Shown: one piece after another, positions 1-10,005 of the stretch
Position numbering within the stretch: the stretch's first letter is position 1
Layout: each line of letters starts with the position of its first letter
NCBI GenBank assembly: GCA_963837955.1
Contig: CAWIPH010000002.1
Coordinates: 1,056,001-1,120,000, forward strand
Direction: 5' to 3'
DNA: 64,000 bases
Origin: an uncultured Verrucomicrobiae bacterium
Lineage (GTDB): Bacteria; Verrucomicrobiota; Verrucomicrobiia; Chthoniobacterales; JAFAMB01
Translations under genes and position numbers: made by a program
Notes under the pieces: model-generated
Database searches by the model: none
What the model was told of the DNA's origin: nothing
The model's input: the letters and a program-made list of their open reading frames with translations, nothing else

Positions 1-99
1 AGGGATTTTTCTTGTCAGCCGAAGGGAAGGACCGAGAATGCCGAGCGCTGCCGGAGAGTGCGAATCATCATTGCGCTGTACCTGATACAGTCCACTAGC

Positions 100-1359
100 A
101 TGTCGACCGAATTCGTTGTCGCAACGTTAGCGGGGCTCATCTTGTGTGCGTTCGTGTCGGCTTTTTTCTCTGGAATGGAGACCGCCCTGTTCTCCATCAA
201 AGCTTGGCATCTTCACCGTTGGCGAACGGAGGACCCATCGTCGGCCGAGCGCTACGAGGCGCTGATGAAAATGCCGCGAGTAGTTCTGAACGTCATTCTG
301 CTCGCTGACACGCTGGTGAATCTGGTGCTCGTGGTCTTGGCTCTTTGGTTTGCTAATTCGTTGGCAGTACCTTTCCCAAACTGGGTCAAAACCTTACTGC
401 TCTTCGCGCTGATCGTGGTGGTTTGCGATCTTTCGCCAAAGGTGTTGGCCCTGGCAGACCCGTTCCGGTTTGCCAAGCAGGCGCTGGTAGCCCTTGAATT
501 GCTCCTCCCGGTCTTAGGACCTCTCTCTCGAAAGCTCCAAAATTTCGCCGAGCGTCTTGCTGATTTTTTATTCCACGACAAGCCGGAAGTGCGAGAACAG
601 CTGGATGACGAAGAATTGATCATGCTGGTCGAAATCAGCGCTGAAAAGGGTCATTTGCGACCTGATGAGCGGGAAATGATCGCCGAAATTATCCGCTTGG
701 GTAATAAGACGGTAAAGGACTGCATGACCCCGCGGGTCGATGCATTTACGATTCCTGATTCTCTGACCAACGAAGAGGCGATCCAGCTTTTGCGTAGCAA
801 ACGCTACGGCCGGGTACCGGTTTTTGGAGACAGCCCCGACGAAATTCTGGGTATTCTGGACGTAAAGGGCTTCTTGTTGAACCCTCAGGAGCACTATACC
901 GAGAACCTTGAACCCCCGTCGTTCGTTCCCGAAACCATGCAGGCACCCGATCTGTTGCGGGCTTTTCTTACTCATCCGCAGCGGCTCGCTATCGTAGTGG
1001 ATGAGTTTGGCGGCACCGAGGGCGTCGTCACATTCAATGACATTGTCGAAGAAATCCTGGCCGATGTAGCTCCGCGCGCAGATGAAAAATTGTATCTGGA
1101 AGAAGCTGGTGATGCTGTCTGGCTGGCCAGCGGTAGTGCCAGGCTGGAAGACCTCGGCGAGGTCTTGCATCTGAATTTCGCAGACGATGGAATCGATACG
1201 GTCAACGGGTTGATCTTCAACCGTCTCGGTTATGTGCCTCGGTCTGGATCGACTGTGCAAGTTCCACCCCTGGAGTTCCAAATCCGCCAAAGCACCCGAA
1301 GACGGGTATTGGAAGTGCTCGTGCAAAGGATCAAATCGCCGGAAGCGAGTAACGAATGA
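100..1359 (+). CDS. HlyC/CorC (CNNM, DUF21-CBS-CorC) family transporter
   Basis: SAFFSGMETALFS CNNM motif, TM helices, CBS pair (MTPR, VDEFGGTEGVVT), C-terminal CorC domain; ATG at 100 preferred over GTG at 58. Confidence 0.9.
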   Translation: MSTEFVVATLAGLILCAFVSAFFSGMETALFSIKAWHLHRWRTEDPSSAERYEALMKMPRVVLNVILLADTLVNLVLVVLALWFANSLAVPFPNWVKTLLLFALIVVVCDLSPKVLALADPFRFAKQALVALELLLPVLGPLSRKLQNFAERLADFLFHDKPEVREQLDDEELIMLVEISAEKGHLRPDEREMIAEIIRLGNKTVKDCMTPRVDAFTIPDSLTNEEAIQLLRSKRYGRVPVFGDSPDEILGILDVKGFLLNPQEHYTENLEPPSFVPETMQAPDLLRAFLTHPQRLAIVVDEFGGTEGVVTFNDIVEEILADVAPRADEKLYLEEAGDAVWLASGSARLEDLGEVLHLNFADDGIDTVNGLIFNRLGYVPRSGSTVQVPPLEFQIRQSTRRRVLEVLVQRIKSPEASNE

Positions 1360-2345
1360 GTTGGCTGATTTTTCTGTTCTGCCTTGCGGTCTCTTTCTTG
1401 TTTTCTGGGACTGAGGCCGGTTTGCTCTCTCTCAATCGGCTGCAGCTACGACGGTTGGCTCAGCTGCGTGATCCTGCTGCCATTCGTGTGGAACGCCTAT
1501 TGCTTCGGCCCGCGCGACTCTTTGTGACGGTGCTCTTCGTGACAAGCCTTTCCAATATCACGGCGATACTCATCCTGGTTTCGGAACTGGTCGCCCTTTA
1601 CGGATCGGTTGGGTACTTGCTCGCACTTCTGGTGGCATTTCCTATTTTCCTCTTCGTTACCGAAGTACTTCCAAAATCGTTCTTCCGCCGGTTTCCTTAT
1701 CGAGCGCTTGCGTCCGTTGCTCTGATTCTCGAATTTGTTTCCGGGGTGCTGACCCCACTAATGAAGATTGGCGCCTGGATCGCGCGAAAGGTCTTTCGAC
1801 TGCGGCGCCCCCGTGAGATTTTTTTGGCGCGCGAAGATTTGAAATACGTAACGAGTCATATCGAACGGATGGGGAAGCTGAGCAGCATCGAGCGACAAAT
1901 GATTCACAACGTGGTCGATTTCCGTTCAGTGAAAGTGGGTGATGTGATGGTCAGGATAGAGCGAGTACGCTCGGTGCCACTCTCGATGGCTTTGGAACAG
2001 GTCATTCGCCTGTCGCGTGAAACTAAATTTGATCGGTTCCCCGTCGTGGACGAAGAAGGAAAAATCGTGGGCATAGTGAATGTTCTGGATTTGATTGTAG
2101 ACCAGCGTCCGGACGCGACCGCCCAGTCCTATCTTCGAAGCATTCTGACCGTGCGGGAAGATGAACCGGCTTCGACGGTTTTGCGTCGACTCCGAGCTGC
2201 CCCGCAAGGACTGGCATCCGTCCAGAACGAGGCCGGCGCAGATGTGGGAATCGTCAGTATTGAGGATTTATTGAATCCCCTGGTGAAGGTGGTCCCGGCT
2301 GAGCCAGCTGTCTCAGGTGGAAATTTGCCTGCCAAATCCGCTTGA
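1356..2345 (+). CDS. CNNM/DUF21 plus CBS domain membrane protein (second paralog, no CorC domain)
   Basis: SFLFSGTEAGLLS motif, TM helices, CBS pair; ATGA overlap with the upstream gene. Confidence 0.88.
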   Translation: MSWLIFLFCLAVSFLFSGTEAGLLSLNRLQLRRLAQLRDPAAIRVERLLLRPARLFVTVLFVTSLSNITAILILVSELVALYGSVGYLLALLVAFPIFLFVTEVLPKSFFRRFPYRALASVALILEFVSGVLTPLMKIGAWIARKVFRLRRPREIFLAREDLKYVTSHIERMGKLSSIERQMIHNVVDFRSVKVGDVMVRIERVRSVPLSMALEQVIRLSRETKFDRFPVVDEEGKIVGIVNVLDLIVDQRPDATAQSYLRSILTVREDEPASTVLRRLRAAPQGLASVQNEAGADVGIVSIEDLLNPLVKVVPAEPAVSGGNLPAKSA

Positions 2346-2379
2346 ACGGGCCGCTAGGGCGCCAATATTCTCACTTTTT

Positions 2380-3531
2380 ATGTCCATCCATCCGCCCGCA
2401 GCTATTTATTCGCGGAAAAATCCTTTTCCGGCGGTTTCGTTGTTGAACCAGAAATTGACGCTGGAAGGTTCAGAAAAGGAAACTCGCCACTACGAGTTTT
2501 CCCTGGCCGGCTCGGGATTGCAATACGAGGTAGGCGATTCGATGGGTATATTTCCCCAGAACAATCCGCAACTAGTAGAAGAGCTTCTCGGGGCTCTCCA
2601 CTTTTCTGGCGAGGAATCGGTTACCAACAAAGAGGGAGAGACCTTTTCGCTGCGCGAGGGTCTCTTGAAACATTTTCAGATTACGGCTCCGTCAAAGCAG
2701 TTCCTGGAAGCGATTGCCCAGCGCTCAGCTAGCGGGCCTGAACTACAGGAGCTGATGCAGCCCGATCGCAAAGCCGATTTAGAACGGTTCCTTTGGGGCC
2801 AGGAGATCATCGACTTTATTCTGGATAACCCGTCATTACGATTCACGGTAGAGGAGTTCGTCGCAACGCTCCGAAAGCTGCAGCCTCGACTCTATTCTAT
2901 TGGGTCCAGCCTTAAAGCATATCCCGAGCAGGTCCATTTTATTATCGCAACGGTGCGATATGAGAGCCATGGCCGGCAACGGGAGGGGGTTGCCTCGACT
3001 TATTTGGCCGACCGGCTGAATTCGGACGATCGGCTGCCGATGTTTGTGCACGTCGCTAAAGGGTTTCGCTTACCGGAAGACCCTTCTACCCCCATTATCA
3101 TGGTCGGCCCGGGGACCGGGATCGCCCCGTTTCGAGCCTACTTACAGGAGCGCCAGGCGGTGGGCGCTTCGGGCAGGAATTGGCTTTTTTTCGGCGAACA
3201 ACGCTCGAAATGCGATTTTTTCTACGAAGCCGAGTTTGCGGCAGCTCGAGCAGCGGGGACGTTGACCCGATTCGATACGGCCTTCTCTCGCGACCAATCA
3301 CACAAGATCTATGTCCAGCATCGGATGCTGGAGCAAGCCAAGGAGATCTTTGCCTGGCTGGAAGAAGGTGCGCATTTCTTTGTCTGTGGCGACGCTGCCC
3401 GCATGGCGAAGGATGTGGATGTAGCCTTGCACCAAATCATCGAGAAGGAAGGCGGGAAAACCCCGGAACAAGCCGCGCAATATGTCGAAAATTTGCGGCA
3501 GCAGAAACGGTATAAGAGGGATGTTTATTAG
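2380..3531 (+). CDS. Sulfite reductase flavoprotein alpha-like (CysJ FAD/NADPH module without flavodoxin domain)
   Basis: RLYSI, GVASTYL, MVGPGTGIAPFR, AFSRDQ, VCGDA and terminal RDVY motifs. Confidence 0.88.
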   Translation: MSIHPPAAIYSRKNPFPAVSLLNQKLTLEGSEKETRHYEFSLAGSGLQYEVGDSMGIFPQNNPQLVEELLGALHFSGEESVTNKEGETFSLREGLLKHFQITAPSKQFLEAIAQRSASGPELQELMQPDRKADLERFLWGQEIIDFILDNPSLRFTVEEFVATLRKLQPRLYSIGSSLKAYPEQVHFIIATVRYESHGRQREGVASTYLADRLNSDDRLPMFVHVAKGFRLPEDPSTPIIMVGPGTGIAPFRAYLQERQAVGASGRNWLFFGEQRSKCDFFYEAEFAAARAAGTLTRFDTAFSRDQSHKIYVQHRMLEQAKEIFAWLEEGAHFFVCGDAARMAKDVDVALHQIIEKEGGKTPEQAAQYVENLRQQKRYKRDVY

Positions 3532-3552
3532 CGGGGGCGAAGCTGGAAGCGG

Positions 3553-3751
3553 GAATTTGGAATTTAGAGGGTTGCGACTCCCCTCGCTCGGAGGGTGCGC
3601 CGCTTGCGGCGCCCGGGAATAATCCGGCGTCAGCAATTCCGACTGATCATCTGCTGGGATGCCTCGGGACGCGATGGATCGTTCCCGGGCGTCGCAAGCG
3701 ACGCACCCTCCGCAGCCAGGGGCACATCGCAACCTTCTAAATTCTAAATTC
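3553..3751. repeat. Nested REP/REPIN-like inverted repeat (family A inside heptamer-repeat arms)
   Basis: Outer arms 3553-3577 / 3727-3751 (GAATTT-type repeats); inner arms CGGAGGGTGCGCCGCTTGCGGCGCCCGGGAA 3589-3619 / 3682-3712; lies between convergent genes. Confidence 0.9.
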
Positions 3752-3770
3752 AGGATTCTAGATTCCGATC

Positions 3771-5221
3771 CTACTGTGCCGAAGTGATCTCCCGGACGTA
3801 AATATTAATCTGGGCGTCGGCTCCGCGGCGTACATCGACTATCTGGAATGGCCGGTCGGCTGCGCGTCCCAATGACTCGCCTTCCTGCGGTACCGGCAAG
3901 CCTTTTGGAAATTCCACGATAATGCGGACATTTTCATTACCCGTCTGCTTGGGGCGTAACACCGCGCGATTTTCCCGTGCTGCTGTCACGGTAAAATCAC
4001 CGCGAAGATATACGGGATCGGTGCCGATCCCTTGATCGGCCAATGTTGAACCCTGGGCGACTTCGATCAGACGACCGCGGGGAAACTGCCCGGGATGATA
4101 GGTTTGCCAAGTTGCGGCTCGGCTATTAGTTCCCGGGGTCGCCGAAGAGGCGAGGAAAGGCTGCGTGGCGGCTACAGCTGGAGGGGTAGCTACAGCCGTA
4201 CTAGCTGGGGTGGAAGCGGGCCCAGGAGAGTAAGTGGCTTTGGGCGGAGTAGCGGCTGGACTTTGTTTTGCCAAAAGACCGGCTGGGCTCTGTTTCGCCA
4301 AAATGCCGGGCGTCGTCTTTATGACCGGCTGCGCTTTCGGCGCTGACACCAGATTGGGGGAGAAGGTCGCGGGGTAGCAGATTCTGCAACTAAATTTCCC
4401 GTCGCTTTTTGCGACGTTGTGCTGGCAATCTGTGAACCGGTAGCCTTGCGGTATTCCGCATAGCGCTGCTCGGCACTGTGGAACTTGTTCTGATTCACCA
4501 TCGGCAGCCCTTCCTTAACGTAAAGAGCCCGAGGCGGTTCTAGCTGAAAACTCGATCCAATCTGTCCGTAGGAGCCATACAGAAGTGGAACGCAAGTGAA
4601 TAGCAGTTTTCCGTCTCCCAGGTTGCTGATATGAACAACAGCCGAAAGATCATACGAGCGTCGAAGTTCCAAGCCGAGCCCTGTGATCAGAACGCGTTGC
4701 ATGGCTGGGAGATCCTGCTTTTCGGCCGGAAAGATTTGTTCGATGTAGATGGTTGGCACGTCATTGGACTGCGCCAGCACCGTCATTCCCGGACCAAAAT
4801 ACTGCGTCTCATTTGTCACGAACGCGTCAAGCACCGTGAATTTACCGATAGCATAAGGCACCTTGCCGATTTGGTGATCGTAATTTCGCAGGTAGGACCG
4901 AAGTAAATCGTTGCTCTCTTCCACAAGCTGCGGAGCAGTCATCGCTCCATATTTTTCCAGCAACTTATCGGCACCGAGAAATTCTCCGGCAGGTGCGACG
5001 GTGAGCTCAAAGCGCTTGGGCGGTTCAAGCTTATTCAACTTCGTAAGTATTTGGTAATTGAACGGTTGTTCCGGGTGATTAAAGACGTAGAACGTTCCGA
5101 TCCAGCACGCGACCGCAAAGCCACACAACAGAAGGATAAAGACAGTCCAGCCAAAAAGATTGTCCGGACCCGGTTGCTGGTGCATCCGGTTACGTGAGCG
5201 CCCGAGCTCTACAGCTTTCAT
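3771..5221 (-). pseudogene. Membrane-anchored hypothetical protein split by a frameshift (ORFs 4319..5221 and 3771..4349)
   Basis: N-terminal TM helix and a Pro/Ala/Thr linker continue across a C5 run (G5 at 4356-4360 on +); one extra C fuses the two ORFs. Confidence 0.65.
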
Positions 5222-5234
5222 GCGGCCTGAAGTA

Positions 5235-5582
5235 CTAAGAAGTGCTGGATCGTTTTTCGGCTACTTCGAAAGAGGTGCCGCATCCACAGCTTCTAGCGGC
5301 GTTCGGATTACTGATTTGAAAGCCGGCACCAGTAAGACCGTCATTATAATCCACCATCGATCCTTGTAAGAACTCGGCGCTTTGCGGGTCGATCAAAACA
5401 TTTACCCCGTCCTGCTCGAATCGGTAATCGCTGGCTTTTGCTTCATCGAACTTCATTCCGTACTGGCGGCCGGCGCAACCCCCTTCTTCGACGAAGATCC
5501 GTAACCCCTTGTTCTTGTACTCCGGGTTTTCCGAGACCAAGGATTGCAAGTGATGCACGGCGGCTTCGGTAACGGTGATCAT
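5235..5582 (-). CDS. HesB/IscA/ErpA iron-sulfur cluster assembly accessory protein
   Basis: GGCAG and NPNAARSCGCGTSF motifs; ATG at 5582. Confidence 0.93.
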   Translation of the reverse strand: MITVTEAAVHHLQSLVSENPEYKNKGLRIFVEEGGCAGRQYGMKFDEAKASDYRFEQDGVNVLIDPQSAEFLQGSMVDYNDGLTGAGFQISNPNAARSCGCGTSFEVAEKRSSTS

Positions 5583-5632
5583 GTTACCTAATAAACAGCG
5601 AAGGCGCCGGAACGTCAACGCGGGCTCGTCAT

Positions 5633-5760
5633 TCTCGCCTCAGGCTCGAATGAATAGCCGATAGCCGATAGCCAATAGCCGATGGAGGGAAACAGCAATT
5701 CGGCCACCTATCGGCTATCGGCTATTTGCTATTTGCCATTTCGTTCGAGCCTAAGCGAGA
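5633..5760. repeat. Inverted-repeat element built from ATAGCCG/ATAGCAA heptamers
   Basis: Arms about 5633-5684 and 5708-5760 are reverse complements and contain 7-mer tandem units. Confidence 0.85.
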
Positions 5761-5768
5761 ATGACCGC

Positions 5769-7616
5769 ATGGGTCGCATTGTTCTGTTGCCAGATGAAGT
5801 GGCAAGCCAGGTGGCGGCCGGTGAAGTGGTGGAACGTCCAGCGTCCGTGGTCAAGGAGTTGGTTGAAAACAGCGTCGACGCGGATGCTAAACGGATCGAG
5901 GTCGCCATCGCCCGGGGAGGCGCCTCGCTCATTAGAGTAGTTGATGACGGCGTCGGAATGGACCGCGACGACGCTCTGCTCAGCTTGGAACGGCACGCCA
6001 CCAGTAAGATCCGGACGGGTCAAGATCTGGCGAGAATACGTACGCTGGGCTTCCGCGGTGAGGCGTTGCCAAGCATCGCTAGCGTTTCGCGATTTCGGAT
6101 GGCTACGCGGCCATCGGATAGCATTGAGGGGACTGAGATCGTCGTAAACGGGGGAAAAATCGAAACGGTCAAAGCATCGGGCGAAGCGCCCGGAACTTTG
6201 GTGGAAGCAAAATCTCTTTTTTTCAATCTGCCCGCGCGCCGAAAATTTCTGCGAAGCGAAAACACCGAAGCGAGCCATGTCCAACACCAACTCTTCCTTC
6301 AGGCGATTGGTCACCCAAATGTTGGGTTCGTGTTCGTACGCGATCAATCTCTCCTTTTCCAGGCGCCGCCTACTTCGAACCTCGCGGACCGCATCAGGGA
6401 TCTGCGTGGCCAGCAGGCACTTGATCAATTGGTCGAGATTGATCCGTTTACCAGCGGTACAATTTCGATTCGTGGTTTCGTCGGCAAGGCTGGGATCAGT
6501 CGCTCGACCAGAGCGGAGCAGCTTGTTTTCGTCAATGGTCGTCCCATCGAAAACCTGACGGTCCAACATGGGTTGCGAGAGGGGTATCACACCGCTCTCA
6601 TGAAAGGCCAATACGCTCTCACTTTTCTCTTTATCGAAATGGACCCGGCCGAAGTGGATGTGAACGTGCATCCGGCAAAACGAGAGGTCCGATTTCGAGA
6701 TCCCGACCAAGTTCGGGACATCATTGCCGAAGTTGTCCGGCGGACGCTGCAGGTAGACCGCGTCCGCTGGAAGCAGGCTTTCCAAGGTCCTTTGCCCACC
6801 CAAACGCTCCCTTCATCCGGCCCTGTCTTAAGCGTCCTACCGCCAGAGAGTCGGCCGCTGTTTTCGCCGGCTGAGGAATTTGCTTTACGGAAAGATTGGT
6901 CGGAATTCAACTCCTCGCCGCCGTCTCCGGAAATGCCGCCGAGCGTCAGTTCGGAGCCGCCGGTTGAGATATTTCCGATTTCCTCTGATGGCGAGCTTCC
7001 TGAATCGGTTGACCCGGGCGTAGCCAAAATCAAGGGCGAGAGTTTCCGGGTATTGGGTGTGCTTGGTCGACTCTATATTCTAATGGAAAACGGCGACGGG
7101 CTCGTTCTGGTCGATCAACACGCAGCGCATGAACGGATACTTTTCGAGCGACTCCGAACACAGCTGGAGCAAGCCGGTGTGCCTTGCCAACGGCTCTTGA
7201 TTCCGATCGTTTTGCCAGTTCCTCCCAAGGATTTCGATTGGCTTCTTTTGCATGTGGCGACACTCCAGAAAATGGGGTTTTTGATGGAGCCCTTCGGTGA
7301 AGGGACACTGAAGATCGATGGGATACCGCAATTCTTCCGGGCAGAAGATCCGGCCGGGGCGGTGCGACAGCTCGTGGATGAACTGCGATCGGTTACCCAA
7401 GGAACATCCCGACTCCGATTAGGCGAAGACGTGATCGCAAAAACCGTTTGTCGTCATGCCATTAAAGCCAATGACGAACTGCGCGCCGCTGAGATCGATC
7501 AACTCATTCGCGACCTGCTAGCTTGTGATCTGCCTTATTGTTGCCCTCACGGGCGCCCGACTATGATCCAAATCGGCTATCACGAACTGGAGAAGAAATT
7601 CGGGCGGAAGGTGTGA
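5769..7616 (+). CDS. mutL: DNA mismatch repair endonuclease MutL
   Basis: AAGEVVERPASVVKELVENS, GFRGEAL, DQHAAHER and CPHGRP motifs. Confidence 0.97.
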   Translation: MGRIVLLPDEVASQVAAGEVVERPASVVKELVENSVDADAKRIEVAIARGGASLIRVVDDGVGMDRDDALLSLERHATSKIRTGQDLARIRTLGFRGEALPSIASVSRFRMATRPSDSIEGTEIVVNGGKIETVKASGEAPGTLVEAKSLFFNLPARRKFLRSENTEASHVQHQLFLQAIGHPNVGFVFVRDQSLLFQAPPTSNLADRIRDLRGQQALDQLVEIDPFTSGTISIRGFVGKAGISRSTRAEQLVFVNGRPIENLTVQHGLREGYHTALMKGQYALTFLFIEMDPAEVDVNVHPAKREVRFRDPDQVRDIIAEVVRRTLQVDRVRWKQAFQGPLPTQTLPSSGPVLSVLPPESRPLFSPAEEFALRKDWSEFNSSPPSPEMPPSVSSEPPVEIFPISSDGELPESVDPGVAKIKGESFRVLGVLGRLYILMENGDGLVLVDQHAAHERILFERLRTQLEQAGVPCQRLLIPIVLPVPPKDFDWLLLHVATLQKMGFLMEPFGEGTLKIDGIPQFFRAEDPAGAVRQLVDELRSVTQGTSRLRLGEDVIAKTVCRHAIKANDELRAAEIDQLIRDLLACDLPYCCPHGRPTMIQIGYHELEKKFGRKV

Positions 7617-7641
7617 GTCCCGGGTTGGACATGCCCACACT

Positions 7642-7884
7642 CGGAGGGTGCGCCGCTTGCGGCACCCGGGAAGGATCCATCGCGTCCCGAGGCGTCCGAG
7701 CCGATGATTAGTAAGCAGTAAGCAGTAAGCGGTGAGCAGTAGGCGGGAGGCCGACGCCAGAAGTCGGAGACGCCAGGTACGCCGACCATTAGCTATGATT
7801 CGACGTCACAGAAGGGCTTCGTCGGACAGGTCGGCGTACCGGGCGTATCCGACCTCTGGCGTCGGCGCCCCGCTTACCGCTCAC
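7642..7884. repeat. Compound REP cluster: family A half-element, AGTAAGC heptamers and a long inverted repeat holding a micro-element
   Basis: 7642-7697 matches the reverse complement of 3657-3712; heptamers 7711-7745; IR arms 7731-7787 / 7829-7884. Confidence 0.88.
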
Positions 7885-7894
7885 TATTCAACGC

Positions 7895-8287
7895 TCACCC
7901 TTTCCGCGAGCTAGAGATCCCGGTAGTTTGGGCGAGCTTGCGCCCGAGATAAGCTGTCAGTAACGGTCTGGCCAACGACCAGACGCCGTCCCAAATCATC
8001 CAAGCCAAGTCCCGTTTTCGGTCGGCTTGTCTTGGTCCTTCTTTCAGCCGGCGGCGCCCGCCGTCCTCGAGAGAAATCTTCTTTCGCCGCCAGGGTAGGC
8101 GAGCAAGGATCCATCCCAAAATGCCAGCCAGCGAGAGCCAACCCCACGAGTGGCGGCGAAACGAAGCAGAGACTCTTCCCTGGATATCCAGTTGCCTTCG
8201 CACGAGGGATGCGGCGCCTGCTAACTCCAGACGTGTCGCTTCCAGCTCTTCAATTATTCTGCGTTTCGCGTCTTCGTCTTTAGCCAT
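7895..8287 (-). CDS. YqjK-like hypothetical membrane protein
   Basis: Third gene of a DUF883-YqjE-like operon; hydrophobic WGWLSLAGILGWIL segment. Confidence 0.65.
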   Translation of the reverse strand: MAKDEDAKRRIIEELEATRLELAGAASLVRRQLDIQGRVSASFRRHSWGWLSLAGILGWILARLPWRRKKISLEDGGRRRLKEGPRQADRKRDLAWMIWDGVWSLARPLLTAYLGRKLAQTTGISSSRKG

Positions 8288-8673
8288 TCACGATCTTTCT
8301 GTAGCTCTGCCAAGGTCAGAGAAAAAAGCGGCCGGAGAATGCGAAATCGAAGAATGACAGCGGCCACGATGCTTCCGAGCAGAAGAATGCCGGAACAAAG
8401 CAAGGCTCCCCATCCCCATTCCCAATGCAATAAAGTGATAATTAGATAGAGAAGAAATACGGCGAACATCAGCAAGAAGCCGACGAATAAGGCAATAGTG
8501 CTCGCGAACAGGATCGCCAGAACCAGAAGATGCATGCCCGCATCCTTTGATTCCAACCCCAATAGCCGAACGCGCAGCTCGGCATACCGTAACAACGAGG
8601 CGACCCAATCACGGATTGAGTCGCCGGTCGAAACCCGCTCTGTCTCAGCTCCTGGAGGAGCCTCCGAGCTCAT
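8254..8673 (-). CDS. YqjE-like two-TM membrane protein (so-called phage holin family)
   Basis: RYAELRVRLLGLE, two TM helices, terminal TLAELQKDREWL; follows the DUF883 gene. Confidence 0.8.
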   Translation of the reverse strand: MSSEAPPGAETERVSTGDSIRDWVASLLRYAELRVRLLGLESKDAGMHLLVLAILFASTIALFVGFLLMFAVFLLYLIITLLHWEWGWGALLCSGILLLGSIVAAVILRFRILRPLFSLTLAELQKDREWLKTKTRNAE

Positions 8674-8677
8674 AGCC

Positions 8678-9004
8678 TCATTTGCGGAAAAGCATGCCAA
8701 GGACGAATCCGACGCCTAAAGCGACCAGAACTGCTCTACCCGGATTGTCTCGAACATATGCTTCGCCTTCCGTCTGCCAATATTTCGCTTTCGTGCGAGC
8801 ATCTGACCAGGCGTCTTCCGCCTTTCCGCGGTAGTGTTTCGCCTTGTCTTCAGCGGCTGCACGAATCTCATCAGCCTTCTGTTCGGCAGCTTTTCGAATT
8901 TCTTCTGCTTTCGCAGTAGCCGCTGTCTTAAAGTTGTCGGCTGCAGCCTTCAAATGATCTTTGCCTTTCTCCGCTGCAGTCTGGGGATCGGGTTTTTGGT
9001 CCAT
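8678..9004 (-). CDS. DUF883 / YqjD-ElaB family membrane-anchored protein
   Basis: Ala/Lys-rich helix ending YVRDNPGRAVLVALGVGFVLG. Confidence 0.88.
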   Translation of the reverse strand: MDQKPDPQTAAEKGKDHLKAAADNFKTAATAKAEEIRKAAEQKADEIRAAAEDKAKHYRGKAEDAWSDARTKAKYWQTEGEAYVRDNPGRAVLVALGVGFVLGMLFRK

Positions 9005-9091
9005 AGTTCTCTGCCTTTCTCACCACAACATGTTCGTTGCGAGCGCTATTAGCGCTCGTACCGATTCTATACTAGTCACCAAATCGGTGCA

Positions 9092-9310
9092 CTAGGTTTC
9101 GCGGAAGATAATTCTCGCTTTGGTCATGTCGTAAGGCGAAATTTCGACTTCCACTCTGTCTCCCGGCACGATCCGAATAAAATTCTTTCGCATCTTGCCA
9201 CTGATGTGGGCCAAAACTTTCTGGCCGTTAGGCAAATTCACACGGAACATCGTATTGGGAAGCACCTCAGACACGACGCCTTGCGTCACCAGCGATTCTT
9301 CCTTCGCCAT
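9092..9310 (-). CDS. infA: Translation initiation factor IF-1
   Basis: MAKEE...LPNTMFRV...[12 protein letters not shown]...SPYD. Confidence 0.97.
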   Translation of the reverse strand: MAKEESLVTQGVVSEVLPNTMFRVNLPNGQKVLAHISGKMRKNFIRIVPGDRVEVEISPYDMTKARIIFRET

Positions 9311-9357
9311 TAACATAACTTGCTCAACAACTTCCTGATTTTCAAACGGATAGCTAA

Positions 9358-9972
9358 CTAGAACTGCAAGAGACCGAACCTTTCCGGCACATGAAAAGTT
9401 CCGGTGTGACTCGGAGACCAGGAGGAGAGCTCTCGCGGGTGATGATGTGGTCTTTCGATTCGGCAAAAGTTTGCTCTCCAGGTTCCCCGGGGGTAGCAAT
9501 CACCAAGTGCTGAAAATGGTATTTGCAGCGCCGCTACCCAGCCGTAAGGCAACCGGCCAGCCGCGGTGATCAGTCCGTCACAGTGCCAATCGAAATCCTT
9601 GCGCAGACCGGCAGGAATCCGCCGAACAAAAACGTCAAGAACAGTATTGAGCGGATTAACCTCAAATTCAAAATAACAGCTTCGATCGCCGAACGGATCA
9701 AGAAACACCTCAACCACCTCCTCCTCCCAGAGCGGCTGGTCATGCTGCGTGAAGGTTGCCCAAGGTTCGGGATCCTGGCATAGGAACAGGACTAACAGTG
9801 CCTGCGGTTCCCACCCAATCCGAACCTCTGTTCCCCACTGGGGATGCTGGCCTGAAACGTTTTCCGAAAGATAAAGCCGGGCTGCTTCTGACCAGCCACC
9901 CCGAAGCGCATCCAAGGAAACTCCATCCCAGGGAGGAATTCGCGGACACAGAATTTCCGGAAGCCTGAGCAT
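9358..9972 (-). CDS. Carbohydrate-binding family 9-like (DOMON-like) protein
   Basis: [31 protein letters not shown] and FHVPERFG motifs. Confidence 0.8.
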   Translation of the reverse strand: MLRLPEILCPRIPPWDGVSLDALRGGWSEAARLYLSENVSGQHPQWGTEVRIGWEPQALLVLFLCQDPEPWATFTQHDQPLWEEEVVEVFLDPFGDRSCYFEFEVNPLNTVLDVFVRRIPAGLRKDFDWHCDGLITAAGRLPYGWVAALQIPFSALGDCYPRGTWRANFCRIERPHHHPRELSSWSPSHTGTFHVPERFGLLQF

Positions 9973-10005
9973 GAGCAAAACAGTTCCGGTGCGCCTATTG
10001 AAGCG

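Noticed and set aside
5682..5768. N-terminal extension of MutL (likewise 37065-37142 of the GNAT)
   Set aside because: Translation of heptamer repeats; homology begins at the downstream start
568..6803. Long antisense ORFs (568..1326, 5751..6803; similar ones at 39667..40371 and 56216..56836)
   Set aside because: Shadows of well-supported genes on the opposite strand
8254..8673. Holin as a prophage marker
   Set aside because: Sits in the housekeeping-type DUF883-YqjE-YqjK arrangement; no phage genes nearby
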